This document shows, one piece after another, positions 30,563 to 41,899 of a DNA stretch of 64,000 bases. The stretch is from assembly GCA_046597055.1 (NCBI GenBank), contig JBKJLC010000084.1, positions 1-64,000 on the forward strand, written 5' to 3'. The notes under the pieces were generated by a model that was not told the DNA's origin, ran no database searches, and was given only the letters and a program-made list of their open reading frames with translations. The position numbers were made by a program, and so were the translations under genes. The DNA is from Kofleriaceae bacterium. GTDB taxonomy: Bacteria > Myxococcota_A > Polyangia > Haliangiales > Haliangiaceae. Position 1 is the stretch's first letter. Every line of letters begins with the position of its first letter.

Positions 30563-31270
30563 GTGCTCGGCGCCGACGAGGTCGCGGTCTTCTTCGCCCG
30601 GCCCGAGGCGCTCGCCGAGCCCGATCGGCGGGCGGCCGCGCTGGCGATCCTGACGCCGGCCGAGCTGCCGCGGCTCGCGCGGTTCCGCTTCGACCGCGAC
30701 CGCGACGTGGCCCTGGCGTCGCGCGCGCTGCAGCGGCGCGCGCTGTCGCGGTGTGCCCCGGTCGCGCCCGCGGCGTGGCGGTTCGCCACCACCGCGCACG
30801 GCCGCCCGGAGATCGTGGCGCCGGCCTCGCGGCTCCGCTTCAACGTCGCCAACACCCACGGCCTGGTCGCGTGCGCGGTCACGCTCGATCGCGAGCTCGG
30901 CCTCGACGTCGAGGCCGTGCGGGCCGACGCGCCGGCCGAGATCGTCGACAGCCACTTCGCGCCGAGCGAGCAGGCGGCGCTCTGGGCGCTGCCGGCCGAC
31001 CAGCAGGCGCGCCGCTTCGTCGCGCTGTGGACGCTCAAGGAGGCCTACGTGAAGGCGCGCGGCGTCGGCCTCGAGCTCCCGCTCGATCGGTTCTGGTACC
31101 AGCTCGACGCCGGCCCGCCCCGCCTCACGATCGCGCCCGAGCTACGCGACGACGCGGCGACCTGGCAGATCGCGCTGTGGTCGCCGACCGCGGACCACGT
31201 CGCCGCGCTGTGCGTGCGGCGGCCGGCCGGGCCCCCGCTGGCGATCGGGCATCACTGGGACGCCGGTTGA
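30563..31270 (+). CDS. Sfp-type 4'-phosphopantetheinyl transferase
   Basis: HGRP, FNVANT, LGLDVE, WTLKEAYVKARGVGL; start approximate. Confidence 0.88.
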   Translation: MLGADEVAVFFARPEALAEPDRRAAALAILTPAELPRLARFRFDRDRDVALASRALQRRALSRCAPVAPAAWRFATTAHGRPEIVAPASRLRFNVANTHGLVACAVTLDRELGLDVEAVRADAPAEIVDSHFAPSEQAALWALPADQQARRFVALWTLKEAYVKARGVGLELPLDRFWYQLDAGPPRLTIAPELRDDAATWQIALWSPTADHVAALCVRRPAGPPLAIGHHWDAG

Positions 31271-31287
31271 TCCGGTGTCGGTTCCGA

Positions 31288-32010
31288 TCAGGCGAGGTTG
31301 TGATAGACGTTCTGGACGTCGTCGTCTTCCTCGAGCGTGGCGACCAGCTTGAGCACCTCGTTGGCCTTCTCCTCCGGGAGCTCGACCAGGGTCGCCGGCA
31401 CGTACTCGAACTCGGACGAGATGATCTCGAGGCCGCGGGCCTCGACCGCGGCCATGAGGCTGCCGAAGTCGGTGAACGCGCAGCGGATGACGATCTGCGG
31501 CTCGCCCTTCTCGCTCTGGCCGTCGCCGAGCTCCTGCAGGCCGTGGTCGATGAGGTCGAGCTCGAGCGCCTCGAGGTCGAGGCCGTCGGGCGCGAGCCGG
31601 AGCACGCCCATGCGCTGGAACAGGAAGCCGACGCTGCCGGTGCTGCCGAAATTGCCGCCGTGATCGCGGAAGTGCATCCGCACGTTGGCCACGGTCCGGG
31701 TCACGTTGTCGGTCGCGCACTCGACCAGGAGCGCGATGCCGTGGGGCGCGTAGCCCTCGTAGACCACGACGTCGTAGTCGGCGGCGCCCTGGCCGCTCGC
31801 CTTCTTGATCGCGGCGTCGAGCTTCTCCTTCGGCATGTTGGAGGCGCGCGCGTTCTGCAGGATCCGGCGCAGCGAGGGATTGCCGTCCGGGTGGGGCCCG
31901 CCCGCCTTCACGGCGATCGTGATGTCCTTGCCGATCTTGGCGAACAGCTTTCCGACCCGGGCACCGCGGGCAAAGATGGTGGACTTGCGTTTTTCGAAGG
32001 CTCGCCCCAT
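31288..32010 (-). CDS. yebC: YebC/PmpR family protein
   Basis: [43 protein letters not shown]. Confidence 0.95.
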   Translation of the reverse strand: MGRAFEKRKSTIFARGARVGKLFAKIGKDITIAVKAGGPHPDGNPSLRRILQNARASNMPKEKLDAAIKKASGQGAADYDVVVYEGYAPHGIALLVECATDNVTRTVANVRMHFRDHGGNFGSTGSVGFLFQRMGVLRLAPDGLDLEALELDLIDHGLQELGDGQSEKGEPQIVIRCAFTDFGSLMAAVEARGLEIISSEFEYVPATLVELPEEKANEVLKLVATLEEDDDVQNVYHNLA

Positions 32011-32118
32011 GGCCGGCGCACTCTAGGCCGCGCGGCGGCGTCCGTCACGGGCTTGGGCACCCAAGGTGCCGGGGCCGACCTCGAGGCCGCGGGCGGCTGA
32101 TCGGCTAGGGTTGCCGCC

Positions 32119-32997
32119 GTGCGCATCGCGACCTGGAACGTGAACTCGCTGAAGGCCCGGATCGACAAGGTCTGGTGGTGGCTCGACCGCGCGCAGCCCG
32201 ACGTGCTGCTCATGCAGGAGACCAAGCTCGGCGACCACGATGCGCCGCACGAGGCGTTCCGCGCCCACGGCTACCAGCTGGCCCACCACGGCGAGGGCCG
32301 CTGGAACGGCGTCGCGATCGCCAGCAAGTGCGGCCTCGACCAGGTCGTGACCCACTTCGGTCAGCCGCTGGCCGCGGTCGCCGGCCCCGGCACCGGCGAC
32401 GACCAGCCCGCGGCCGAAGCCCGCATGATCGCGGCGGTGTGCGGCGGGGTCCGGGTGGTCAGCCTGTACGCCCCCAACGGCCGGGCGGTCGGGACCGTCC
32501 ACTACCAGGCCAAGCTCGCCTGGTACGACCGGCTGGCGCGCTGGCTTGGCGAGGCGAACGACCCGGCGGCGCCGCTCTTGCTCGGCGGCGACTACAACGT
32601 CGCGCCCGGCGACGGCGACGTGTGGGATGCGACCGCATGCCATGGCGGTACCCACGTTTCGCAGCCCGAGCGCGACGGGTTCGCCCGCCTGCTGCAGTGG
32701 GGCCTGGTCGATGGCTACCGGCGCCACGCCGACCCGTCGGGCCGCTTCACCTGGTGGGACTACCGGGCCGGCTGCTTCCAGAAGAATTTCGGCATGCGCA
32801 TCGACCACCTGCTGGTCACCGCCAGCGTGGCGGCTCGCAGCCGCTGGGCCGAGATCGATCGCGAGGCGCGCAAGGGCAAGCCGATCCCGTCGGACCACGC
32901 CCCGGTCCTGATCGATCTCGACGAGCCCGGGGTGCCGCTCGACGCGGGCTGGGCCGGCGCCGCCGCGCGCCGCGCCGCCCGCCGCGCCGCCCGCTGA
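32119..32997 (+). CDS. xth: exodeoxyribonuclease III
   Basis: ATWNVNS, QETK, YAPNG, GDYN, FTWWDYR, RIDH, SDHAP. Confidence 0.95.
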   Translation: MRIATWNVNSLKARIDKVWWWLDRAQPDVLLMQETKLGDHDAPHEAFRAHGYQLAHHGEGRWNGVAIASKCGLDQVVTHFGQPLAAVAGPGTGDDQPAAEARMIAAVCGGVRVVSLYAPNGRAVGTVHYQAKLAWYDRLARWLGEANDPAAPLLLGGDYNVAPGDGDVWDATACHGGTHVSQPERDGFARLLQWGLVDGYRRHADPSGRFTWWDYRAGCFQKNFGMRIDHLLVTASVAARSRWAEIDREARKGKPIPSDHAPVLIDLDEPGVPLDAGWAGAAARRAARRAAR

Positions 32998-33007
32998 GGT
33001 CGGCTCG

Positions 33008-33796
33008 TCAGGTCTTGAGGCGGTAGCCGGTCCGGAACATCCAGCCGATCACGACGACGCAGGCGACCAGGAAGCCGAGCGTGATCGCCAGGCTGACGCC
33101 GACCGAGACGTCGGCGGTCTCGTAGAAGCTCCAGCGCAGCCCGCTGATCAGGTAGACGATCGGGTTGAACAGCGTGATCGTGCGCCAGGTCGGCGACAGC
33201 ATGTCGACCGAGTAGAATGCGCCGCCGAGGAACGTCAGCGGCGTCACCACCAGCATCGGGACGATCTGCAGCTGCTCGAAGCCCTTGGCCCAGATCCCGA
33301 TGATGAAGCCGAACAGGCTGAACGTCGTGGCGGTGAGGATCATGAACGCCGCCATCCACACCGGGTGCATGATCCGGATCGGCACGAACAGCGCGGCGGT
33401 CGCCAGGATGATCAGCCCGAGGATGATCGACTTGGTCGCGGCCGCGCCCACGTACGCGATCACGATCTCCAGGTAGGAGACGGGCGCCGACAGCAGCTCG
33501 TAGATGGTGCCGGTGAACTTGGGGAAGTAGATCCCGAACGAGGCGTTCGACAGGCTCTGGGTGAACAGCGACAGCATGATGAGCCCGGGCACGATGAACG
33601 CGCCGTAGGGCACGTCGTTCACCTCGGCCATCCGGCTCCCGATCGCGGCCCCGAACACCACGAAATAGAGCGCGGTGCTGATCACCGGCGCGACCAGGCT
33701 CTGCCACAGGGTGCGGCCGAACCGGGCCATCTCGAACCGGTAGATCGCCCACACCGAGTGACGGTTGAACGCGATGCTGGGCTTGGTCGTGGTCAC
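33008..33796 (-). CDS. yadH: ABC-2 permease, YadH-like
   Basis: [38 protein letters not shown]. Confidence 0.88.
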   Translation of the reverse strand: MTTTKPSIAFNRHSVWAIYRFEMARFGRTLWQSLVAPVISTALYFVVFGAAIGSRMAEVNDVPYGAFIVPGLIMLSLFTQSLSNASFGIYFPKFTGTIYELLSAPVSYLEIVIAYVGAAATKSIILGLIILATAALFVPIRIMHPVWMAAFMILTATTFSLFGFIIGIWAKGFEQLQIVPMLVVTPLTFLGGAFYSVDMLSPTWRTITLFNPIVYLISGLRWSFYETADVSVGVSLAITLGFLVACVVVIGWMFRTGYRLKT

Positions 33797-34716
33797 GCGC
33801 GGTCACTCACCAGGCTGAGGAAGATGTCTTCGAGCGAGCTCTGATGGGTGTTCAGGTCCTTGAACCCGATCCCGAGCTCGCTCGTGCGCTTCAGCAGCGC
33901 CGCGATGCCGTGCTCCTCGTTCACGTCGTACGTGTACTCCAGCTCGTTGCCGCTGGCCCTGAGCGTGAGCGGCCAGGTCGCCAGCTCGGCCGGGATCGCG
34001 GTCAACGGCTCCTGCAGCGTGAGGCGCAGCTGCTTCTTGCCGAGCTTCTTCATCAGGGTCGCCTTGTCCTCGGTCAAGATCAGCTCGCCCTTGCGGAGCA
34101 CGCCGATCCGGTCGGCCATCTCCTCGGCCTCGTCGATGTAGTGGGTCGTCAGGATGATGGTCACGCCGCGCTCGCGCAGGCGTCGGACCAGCGCCCACAT
34201 GTCGCGGCGCAGCTCGACGCCGACGCCGGCGGTCGGCTCGTCGAGGAACAGGATCTCGGGCTCGTGCGACAGCGCCTTCGCGATCATCACGCGCCGCTTC
34301 ATGCCGCCCGACAGCGTCATGATCTTCTCCTGGCGCTTGTCCCACAGCGACAGGTCGCGCAGCACCTGCTCGAGGTAGGCCCGGCTCGGCGCCTTCCCGA
34401 ACAGGCCGCGGCTGAAGCTGACCGTCGCCCACACCGTCTCGAACGCGTCGGTGGACAGCTCCTGCGGCACCAGGCCGATCTTGCGGCGGGCCGCGCGGTA
34501 GTCGGCGACGATGTCGTGGCCGTCGGCGGTCACGCTGCCCGAGGTCGCGGTGACGATGCCGCACACGATGCTGATCAGGGTGGTCTTGCCGGCGCCGTTG
34601 GGCCCGAGCAGGCCGAAGATCTCGCCCTTGCGGATCTCGAGGTTGATGTTCTTGAGCGCCTGGAGGCCGGACGCGTACGTCTTGGTCAGGTTCGCGATCG
34701 CGACGATCGGGGGCAC
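33793..34716 (-). CDS. yadG: ABC transporter ATP-binding protein, YadG-like
   Basis: [25 protein letters not shown]. Confidence 0.9.
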   Translation of the reverse strand: MPPIVAIANLTKTYASGLQALKNINLEIRKGEIFGLLGPNGAGKTTLISIVCGIVTATSGSVTADGHDIVADYRAARRKIGLVPQELSTDAFETVWATVSFSRGLFGKAPSRAYLEQVLRDLSLWDKRQEKIMTLSGGMKRRVMIAKALSHEPEILFLDEPTAGVGVELRRDMWALVRRLRERGVTIILTTHYIDEAEEMADRIGVLRKGELILTEDKATLMKKLGKKQLRLTLQEPLTAIPAELATWPLTLRASGNELEYTYDVNEEHGIAALLKRTSELGIGFKDLNTHQSSLEDIFLSLVSDRA

Positions 34717-34871
34717 CGCGCGACCTTAGCGTACGCCGCCGGCGGGGGTCGCCGGCCGGCCCCGGTCAACCGGTCAGGTGAGAAACCGGCCAGCCCCGGG
34801 CGTGCCCTGCGTCATCGCTACCCGATCCATCCTGCGAATCTGGCCCCGCATCGTGGTAGCCATCGCGGTCC

Positions 34872-36902
34872 ATGCCGCACCCGTTTCCGTACTTCGGCCA
34901 GGGGAGCGCGCTCGCCGACGAGCTCTCGCCGCTCGTCGTCTTCGTGTCCGAGGTCCCCGCCGCCGAGCTGGCCCGGGTGGCCGCGACCGCGCCCGCGCCG
35001 GTGCGGGACTCGATCCAGACCGGGCCGCGCTGGCTCCAGCTCAAGGGCAGCGACCACTACCTGGCCGACGCCCGGCGCTGGGTGCGCGACGCCAACCTCA
35101 GCGGCGCGCGCTCGGACGACAAGGCGTTCACCGCGATCGCCGAGGCGCTCGAGCGCTGGATCCTGGAGCTGCACCAGACCCACCCGGTCGCGCTGTTCTT
35201 CGTCGACTCGATGGAGGAGGGCAGCAGCACCTCCGGTGCCTGGCACGCGTGGTCGATCGAGCACTACGGCGACCTGGTCCGGCCGGTGGTCGCCCGACTG
35301 CGCGCCGACGGTGCCCGCGATCACGCGAGCTGGATCGCGACCAACTTCCTGAAGTTCGGGGCGGTCCCGGGCGCGGAGGACCTCCGCGCGATGGCCGACG
35401 ACGATGGCCCGGCGACGATCGGGAACATCAACCGCCGGTGCATCTCGATCATGCACCTCACCCGCACCCAGGGCGACGGCGTGCTCGCGGAGCTGGGGCC
35501 GTACGCCGAACTCGGCTACTGGGCCTGCGCGGCGGTGCCCGAGCTGGTGTCCGATCCGGCCCGGTTCCCGGCCCACCTGGCGGCGCTGGCGCAGGCGTGT
35601 CCGGGCAAGCACCCGGACGTGCTGCAGCAGCTCCTGGTCGACGCGGCCACGCGGCTGGTCGCCGACGGCTTTCCGTTGATCGTGACGCTCGAGCACTTCC
35701 CCGGGCGCAAGGCGCGGCCGCGTCGCGAGCTGGTCGCGGTCGCGCTCGAGATCGTCGCGGTCGCGGCGGCGCTGGCGCCGCTGACCTGGCCGCAGGTCGA
35801 CGCGCTGGTGAGCACGGTGCGGTCGCTGGGCGCCGAGCGCGAGCTGGCGCGGGTGGTGCTCGCGTCGACGCTGGCGGCCGCGACGCCGCTCACCCGCCCG
35901 GCCATCCTCAAGTGGGGGCGGGCGCTGCTCGCGCAGGCGACCGCGCGGGGTGACGTCGAGGCGACGGCGTGGCTGACCGCGGTGCCGAGCCTCTACCTCG
36001 TGCCCGAGGTGATCGAGCTGCCGGTCGAAGGCGCGACCCATCCCCACCTGGCGCGGTTGAACGCCGCGCGGCTCGAGGTGAGCTACCGCGGGTCGGCCGA
36101 GCCGCAGCTCGTGCAGGTGCAGATCGTGGGCGCGCCGCACCCCGGCCGCGCGCCCGGCTATGCCCGCGCCATGGCCAACCTGGTCGATCTGATGAACAGC
36201 GGCGTCGCCGGCGGCGGTCGGTTCGCGCCCGAGCTGGGCGAGGCCGAGATCGTCGAGGGTCGCGAGCAAGGCGACGGCCCCGACTTCGCGTGGACCCTCC
36301 GCCTGCGGGCGATCGACGCCGGCTTCGTGGCGGTGGCGCTCCACCTGCTCGGCGACTCCTGGAACCCCATCGGCCAGGCCCGCGAGGTCCGCTACTGCCC
36401 GAAACACGTGCGCATCGTCGGCGAGCTGGCGCTCGACGACTCGGGCGACGCGGTGCGGACCGACGACGTCCTGTGCGCGCTGATCGATCCGTCCCCGGCC
36501 TACCGCGCTTGGCCGGAGCTGCCGTTCCCGGTCAAGGAGGCCAAGAAGGCCAAGACCGCGCGCTTCTCGCTCAAGCTCGCCGCGATCGACCCCGAGCGCA
36601 AGGCGGCCTTCGAGCAGCATGTCCACATGCTGGGCGCGATGTTCGATGCCCACCCGCAGAGCGGCACCGGCAACCGGCGCGGCCCCACCGCGGTCGGCAA
36701 GACCCAGCTGGGCGTGCCGTTCGCGGAGCTGACGTTGCCAGCCGAGCTCGCGCGTGGGCCGCTGCTCAACATGGCGCGCCACTTTCATGTCCGGGTGGCG
36801 CCGGTGAGCTGGGTCGAGGTCGCGCTCGGCGAGCCGGCGGCGGCGGTGGTGGTGGAAGGAAGCGGTAACGAGGGTGAGGAGCCGGTAACGCCGCCGTCTT
36901 GA
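34872..36902 (+). CDS. hypothetical protein (676 aa)
   Basis: Long GC3-biased ORF filling the gap between yadG and GST; no family recognised. Confidence 0.72.
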   Translation: MPHPFPYFGQGSALADELSPLVVFVSEVPAAELARVAATAPAPVRDSIQTGPRWLQLKGSDHYLADARRWVRDANLSGARSDDKAFTAIAEALERWILELHQTHPVALFFVDSMEEGSSTSGAWHAWSIEHYGDLVRPVVARLRADGARDHASWIATNFLKFGAVPGAEDLRAMADDDGPATIGNINRRCISIMHLTRTQGDGVLAELGPYAELGYWACAAVPELVSDPARFPAHLAALAQACPGKHPDVLQQLLVDAATRLVADGFPLIVTLEHFPGRKARPRRELVAVALEIVAVAAALAPLTWPQVDALVSTVRSLGAERELARVVLASTLAAATPLTRPAILKWGRALLAQATARGDVEATAWLTAVPSLYLVPEVIELPVEGATHPHLARLNAARLEVSYRGSAEPQLVQVQIVGAPHPGRAPGYARAMANLVDLMNSGVAGGGRFAPELGEAEIVEGREQGDGPDFAWTLRLRAIDAGFVAVALHLLGDSWNPIGQAREVRYCPKHVRIVGELALDDSGDAVRTDDVLCALIDPSPAYRAWPELPFPVKEAKKAKTARFSLKLAAIDPERKAAFEQHVHMLGAMFDAHPQSGTGNRRGPTAVGKTQLGVPFAELTLPAELARGPLLNMARHFHVRVAPVSWVEVALGEPAAAVVVEGSGNEGEEPVTPPS

Positions 36903-36959
36903 CGGGCAACCTGCGTTCGAAGGCGCGGCGCGGGGCCGCCGAGCGCTTATCCTCCCGCG

Positions 36960-37592
36960 ATGATCACTCTCCACTTCGCCCCGAGCACGGCCAGCCTGGT
37001 CGTGCACTGGCTGCTGATCGAGCTCGCGATCCCGCACGAGCTGCACGCGGTCGACCTCGAGGCCGGCGAGCACAAGACGCCCGCCTATCTCGCGCTCAAC
37101 CCGTCGGGCGTGGTGCCGACGCTGGTGGTCGACGGGACCCCGATCTGCGAGGCCGCGGCGATCGTGATGCACCTCGCCGACGTTCACCTCGGCGCCGGCC
37201 TGGCGCCCGCGGCCGGCACCGCGCCGCGCGCGCAGTACTACCGATGGATGTGCTTCATGGCGAACACGCTGCAGCCGGCCTATCGCGCCTGGTTCTATCC
37301 GTCCGAGCCGGCCGGTGACGCCAACGTCGATGCGGTGAAGGCGCAGGCCCGGCAGCGCATCGAGCGCGCGTGGGACCTGGTCGAGGCCCACCTCGCGAGC
37401 GGCGGGCCCTACCTGCTGGGCGAGACGCTCACCAGCCCTGACTTCATGCTGACGATGCTCATGCGATGGTCGCGCAACATGCCGCGGCCCGCGCACACCT
37501 GGCCCGCGCTGGCGGCGCACGCGCAGCGCATGAAGGCGCGGCCGGGGTTCCAGGAGACCTACCGGCGCGAGGGCATCACCGACTGGACCTGA
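36960..37592 (+). CDS. glutathione S-transferase
   Basis: YLALNPSGVVPTL, EAAAI, LQPAY, YLLGE..PD. Confidence 0.92.
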   Translation: MITLHFAPSTASLVVHWLLIELAIPHELHAVDLEAGEHKTPAYLALNPSGVVPTLVVDGTPICEAAAIVMHLADVHLGAGLAPAAGTAPRAQYYRWMCFMANTLQPAYRAWFYPSEPAGDANVDAVKAQARQRIERAWDLVEAHLASGGPYLLGETLTSPDFMLTMLMRWSRNMPRPAHTWPALAAHAQRMKARPGFQETYRREGITDWT

Positions 37593-37627
37593 CCGGTCGG
37601 CGCGGCCGGCGGGCGGGTCGAGTCAGC

Positions 37628-37960
37628 TCAGTCGGCGCGGCCGCAGTCGTCGGCGCCGGCGGCGTGGGCCGAGCACGCGTTCTCGTACTCGCGGCCGTCG
37701 CTGCCGGTCACCGGCGCGTCGATCTCGGCGCACACGCGCGGCCGGCCGCGGCAGACGCCGCCGCGGTCGGCGATGCCGCAGCTGTCGTCCTCGTAGTCGC
37801 AGTACTCGGCGTCGGTGCAGGTCTGGCCAGCGAAGCCGCCGCAGGACGCGCGGCTGCCGGGATTGCCGGCCCCGTCGTCGTCGTCGTCGTCGTCGAGGTC
37901 GAGCACGCAGGCGCTGGTGGTGAGGGAAACCAGCACGGCGAGGAGAAGGGAAGGACGCAT
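37628..37960 (-). CDS. small Kazal-like Cys-rich lipoprotein
   Basis: Lipobox TSAC; CGGFAG..C..YC..CGIADRGGVC..CAEIDAPVTGSDGREYENAC. Confidence 0.82.
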   Translation of the reverse strand: MRPSLLLAVLVSLTTSACVLDLDDDDDDDGAGNPGSRASCGGFAGQTCTDAEYCDYEDDSCGIADRGGVCRGRPRVCAEIDAPVTGSDGREYENACSAHAAGADDCGRAD

Positions 37961-37974
37961 ATCCCACGGGGATT

Positions 37975-37990
37975 AGCAGGTCACGTGCCG
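37975..37990 (-). promoter_or_regulatory. putative sigma54 -24/-12 promoter
   Basis: Minus strand CGGCAC-GTGAC-CTGCT, 15 nt before ATG 37960. Confidence 0.5.
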
Positions 37991-38081
37991 ACCTCGTCGC
38001 CGAAGCGAGACGCCGACTTGCGGGCCGAACGCCTCAGTTTTTCGCCGCGCCTGCGACCGGCGCGTGCCATACGCTGGGCCG

Positions 38082-38702
38082 ATGCAGCACGACCCGCGGA
38101 CCAGCCGGATCGTCGAGCCCCTGTTCCGGATGTGGAGCCGGATCTACGACCTCGGCGTGTTCCAGGCCTACTACGGACGGATCCACGATCGGATCCTGCG
38201 CCGGGCGCCCGGGCCGTTCGCGTCGGTGCTCGACGTCGGCTGCGGGACCGGCGAGCTGCTGGTCAAGCTGCGCAAGCGCTGGCCGGCGGCGCGGCTGGTC
38301 GGGCTCGACTTCTCGGCCGAGATGCTGGCGCGCGCGGAGGCCAAGTTGATCGGCGGCGCGGTCGAGCTGGTCCAGGGCAGCGTCTACCAGCTGCCGTTCG
38401 CCGACGGCGAGCTCGAGCTCGTGACCAACACGCTGTCGTCGCACTTCTATCAGGACCTGCCGGCCGCGGCGGCCGAGCTGGTCCGGGTGACCGCGCCCGG
38501 CGGCACCGTGGTGATGGCCAGCCTCGGCAACGGGCCCGTGCGCCACGTGCCGGGTCCGCTCGGTCGGGAGATCAACCTGGGCCAGACCGTCCATCGCTCA
38601 CCCGCTCAACAGCGGCGCGTGCTCGAGGCGGCCGGGCTCGAGGTCGCGCGGATCGAGTCGCTGTTCCCGATGGCCTGGCTGTACGTGGCGCGCCGGCCCT
38701 GA
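38082..38702 (+). CDS. class I SAM-dependent methyltransferase
   Basis: VLDVGCGTG, GLDFSAEML, LPFADG, APGG. Confidence 0.88.
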   Translation: MQHDPRTSRIVEPLFRMWSRIYDLGVFQAYYGRIHDRILRRAPGPFASVLDVGCGTGELLVKLRKRWPAARLVGLDFSAEMLARAEAKLIGGAVELVQGSVYQLPFADGELELVTNTLSSHFYQDLPAAAAELVRVTAPGGTVVMASLGNGPVRHVPGPLGREINLGQTVHRSPAQQRRVLEAAGLEVARIESLFPMAWLYVARRP

Positions 38703-38740
38703 GCCCGCATCGCGCGGCGAGGCGCTCGGCGCCCCGGCCG

Positions 38741-41700
38741 TCAGCGGTGGGCGGCCAGCCAGGCCTCGATGGTCGCGTGGCGGCGCCGGTCCTCGACATC
38801 CGGCCCCAGCGCGGCGGCGGCGGCGCGGATCACGACGAGCTGGGCAGCGCGATCGGTGCCGAGCTGGTGGCGCGCCCGCGCGATCAGGAACCGGACCCAC
38901 GCCTTGGCCGGCTCCGAGACCGCGACCTTGTCGCCTGCCATCAGCGCGAGCGCGCGCTCGCCGAGGGTGACGACCTCGGCGTGGCGGCCGAGGCGTCCGG
39001 CGGCGTCGGCCAGGTCGATCAGGACCATCGCGGTGCGCGGATGCTCGCGGCCGAGCAGACGCTCGAACCGGCGCAGATTTTCGGCGAGCAGCCGGTAGGC
39101 CTCGGCGGCGTTGCCCTCGGCCAGGTACGTCATCGCCACGTGCTGGCCGATCTGGGCGACCTGCTCGTTGTCGGCGCCGTTGCGCGCGACGCTGATCGCG
39201 TGCGCGCGCGTGAACAGCGTGCGGGCCTCGCCGAAGCGGCCGGCCACGGTCAGCGTCTCGCCCAGGCCGGTCAGGGTCCACGCCACGTCGGGATGATCGG
39301 CCCCGAGCACGCGCTCCTGGATGGCGAGCGCCCGCGTGAAGTAGGTCGCGGCCTCGTCGGGCTCACCCTGGGCGACCAGCGCGGCGCCGAGGTTGGTCAG
39401 GCCGTCGGCGACGTAGGAGTGGTCGGGCCCGAGCGCGGACTCGTCGATGGCGAGCGCGCGCCGGTACACGGCCTCGGCCTCGGCGTGCTTACGCTGGTAC
39501 GACAGCACGCCACCCAGGTTGACCAGCGCGGTCGACAGCTGGGGATGCCCGGACCCGAGCGAGCGCTCGTAGACGGCGAGCGCTCGGCCCAGCACCTCCT
39601 CGGCGCGGACGTACTCGCCGCGCTTCATGAGCACCAACCCGAGCGTGACGAGGGTGCCACCGGTCCGGTGGTCGCTGTCGCCGTAGAGCGCCTCGTGGGC
39701 GCGGACCGCCTCCTCGAGATCGCGGCGGGCGGCGTCGAAATTGGTGCGCTTGAGCTCGACCAGGCCACGCCGGGTGATTAGCGCGGCATGCAGCGGCGGC
39801 TGATCGACGGCCGCGACGAAGCCGACCGCGACCTCGGCCGCCTGCACGTAAGCAGTCGCGCGCTCGAGCCGGTTCTCGTGCTCGTTGGCCACCAGCACCA
39901 GATCGATCCAGGCGCGCGCCGCCAGCCGGTGATCGCCGGCGCGGGCGGCGACCCGGAGGGCCTCGTGCAGCGTGATCTCGGCGGCGGCGTAGGCGCCGGT
40001 GCGCTCCTCGAGGCGGCCGCGCAGCCAGAGCGCGCCCGCGAGCACGTCCGGAGCGTCGAGGCCGCGCGCCTCGTCGACCGCGCGCGCGGCCAGCGTCAGG
40101 CCCGCGGCGTAGGTGCCGGTGTCGACCGCGACCTCGGCGCGATCCATCGCGTGCTCGACGCTCGCCAGCCGGGTCCGGTCCGCCGGTGCCAGCGGGCGCG
40201 CGGTGGCCCCGGCCAGCTGCTCGCGGCGCGAGCAGTCGGCGACGTCGCCGACCGCGGTCACCGCCTGCACCGTGCGGTCGATCAGCTCGGGGCCGGGGCG
40301 GTCGCCGAGCGCCGCGACCAGCCCGGTCATCTGGTCGAGCTTGCGATCGAGGCAGCTCATCCGCTGATCGAGGAGCGCGGTCGACTGCTCGCCGCGGACA
40401 TGGGTCGCCTCGCAGGCGTCGACCCGCATCGCCTGCCAGGCGCTGGCCCAGCGGTCGAGCAGCGGCTCGGCGCGGGCCAGCACGTCACGGGCGTAGCTGC
40501 GCTCGGAGGCGGCGAACGCGGCGCGCACGCGGGTCCGGGCCGGGTCGCCCCAGACCTCGGCCAGCCGCGGCTCGGCGAGGCGGCAGCGGGGGCCGGTGCC
40601 CGGCGAGCGCAGCAGGCCGAACAGCGCGAGGCCGGCCAGGCCGACGCCCGCCACCCCGACCAGCGCCCGCCGACGCGCGACCCGTGGATCGCGCCGGAGC
40701 TCGGCGAGCAGCGCCTCCATGGTCGGGAACCGATCGGCCGGTTCGCTGGCCAGCCCACGCATCACCGCGCGGCGCCAGCGCGCCGGCACGCCCGGGCGCG
40801 GCGGCGGCATGCGCAGGTTGCCGGCCAGCACGTTCCAGCGCAGCTCGCGCAGGTCGGCACCCTCGAACGGCCGGGCATCGAACAGCCCCTCGTACAGGGT
40901 GACGCAGAAGCTGAACTGGTCCGAGCGCGCGTCGACGGTACCGTTGCGGTGCTGCTCGGGCGCCATGTAGCGGGGCGTCCCGACCGCGGCGCCATCGATG
41001 GTCAGCCGCGCCGACCGCGGGCGGCTCGGCGCGCTGCTCGAGCCGATCGCCGGCAGCGGGGTCAGCTCCACCGGCGACGTCGCCTCGTCGTCGGCGGTCC
41101 GAGCGGCGGAGCTCGACAGGTCGCTCGACGGACGGGCCAACCCGAAGTCGAGCACGCGCGCGCGACCGTCGAGGGCGACCACCACGTTCTCGGGCTTGAA
41201 GTCGCGATGGACCAGGCCCGCACGGTGGGCCGCGGCCAGCCCCTCGCCAGCGCCGAGCAGCACCGCGACGATGGCGCGGCTGTCGCCGAGGTGCGCGGGT
41301 AGCCACTGGCGGAGGGTCTGGCCCTCGACCAGCTCCATCGCGACGAACAGGTCGTCGCCGAGCAGGCCGACGTCGTGGACCGCGACCACGTTGGGGTGCG
41401 AGAGCTGGGCGAGCGCCTGGGCCTCGCGCATCAGGCGCTCGCGCGCGGTCCCGGCCTCGGGGCCGGCCCGGACCCGCACCCGCTTGAGCGCGACATTGCG
41501 ATCGAGGTGCGGATCGTGCGCTTTCCAAACCACCCCCATCCCGCCCCGACCCAGGATCTCGACGACGACGTAGCGGCCGATCTGGGTCCCGGGCGCGACC
41601 CGATTGGCCTCGCTCGGCGAGCGCCGGCGCGCGGGTCTGGCCGGCCCCGCCGAGGCTCGACTGGCGGTACGGGTCGCCAGGTCGGCCTCGCCCAGGTGCG

Positions 41701-41848
41701 CGTGGACCGCGTCGTTGGTGGCGTCTTCGTCGATCGGGTCGGCGCCCGGGGCGCCCCGCCCCTCGGCGGCGGCGCTCGGCGGCGCGGGCGACTCGTCGGG
41801 ATTGGCCACCGCCACGAGCGTATCACCGCGGTCGCTGGCGCGACGCAA
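38741..41848 (-). CDS. Ser/Thr protein kinase with TM segment and TPR repeats
   Basis: LGRGGMGVV, VALK, HRDFKPEN, DFG, YMAPE; long-TPR C-terminus; start uncertain. Confidence 0.92.
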   Translation of the reverse strand: MRRASDRGDTLVAVANPDESPAPPSAAAEGRGAPGADPIDEDATNDAVHAHLGEADLATRTASRASAGPARPARRRSPSEANRVAPGTQIGRYVVVEILGRGGMGVVWKAHDPHLDRNVALKRVRVRAGPEAGTARERLMREAQALAQLSHPNVVAVHDVGLLGDDLFVAMELVEGQTLRQWLPAHLGDSRAIVAVLLGAGEGLAAAHRAGLVHRDFKPENVVVALDGRARVLDFGLARPSSDLSSSAARTADDEATSPVELTPLPAIGSSSAPSRPRSARLTIDGAAVGTPRYMAPEQHRNGTVDARSDQFSFCVTLYEGLFDARPFEGADLRELRWNVLAGNLRMPPPRPGVPARWRRAVMRGLASEPADRFPTMEALLAELRRDPRVARRRALVGVAGVGLAGLALFGLLRSPGTGPRCRLAEPRLAEVWGDPARTRVRAAFAASERSYARDVLARAEPLLDRWASAWQAMRVDACEATHVRGEQSTALLDQRMSCLDRKLDQMTGLVAALGDRPGPELIDRTVQAVTAVGDVADCSRREQLAGATARPLAPADRTRLASVEHAMDRAEVAVDTGTYAAGLTLAARAVDEARGLDAPDVLAGALWLRGRLEERTGAYAAAEITLHEALRVAARAGDHRLAARAWIDLVLVANEHENRLERATAYVQAAEVAVGFVAAVDQPPLHAALITRRGLVELKRTNFDAARRDLEEAVRAHEALYGDSDHRTGGTLVTLGLVLMKRGEYVRAEEVLGRALAVYERSLGSGHPQLSTALVNLGGVLSYQRKHAEAEAVYRRALAIDESALGPDHSYVADGLTNLGAALVAQGEPDEAATYFTRALAIQERVLGADHPDVAWTLTGLGETLTVAGRFGEARTLFTRAHAISVARNGADNEQVAQIGQHVAMTYLAEGNAAEAYRLLAENLRRFERLLGREHPRTAMVLIDLADAAGRLGRHAEVVTLGERALALMAGDKVAVSEPAKAWVRFLIARARHQLGTDRAAQLVVIRAAAAALGPDVEDRRRHATIEAWLAAHR

Positions 41849-41899
41849 CCGGTTCGTCGGGGCTACTGCCAGGTGCGCGGGTAGACCCGGGCCTGGCCG

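Noticed and set aside
30563..31270. PPTase as marker of a PKS/NRPS cluster
   Set aside because: No carrier-protein or synthase genes in the window; housekeeping context.
37873..37895. (TCG)n run
   Set aside because: Simply encodes the poly-Asp linker of the Kazal-like lipoprotein.
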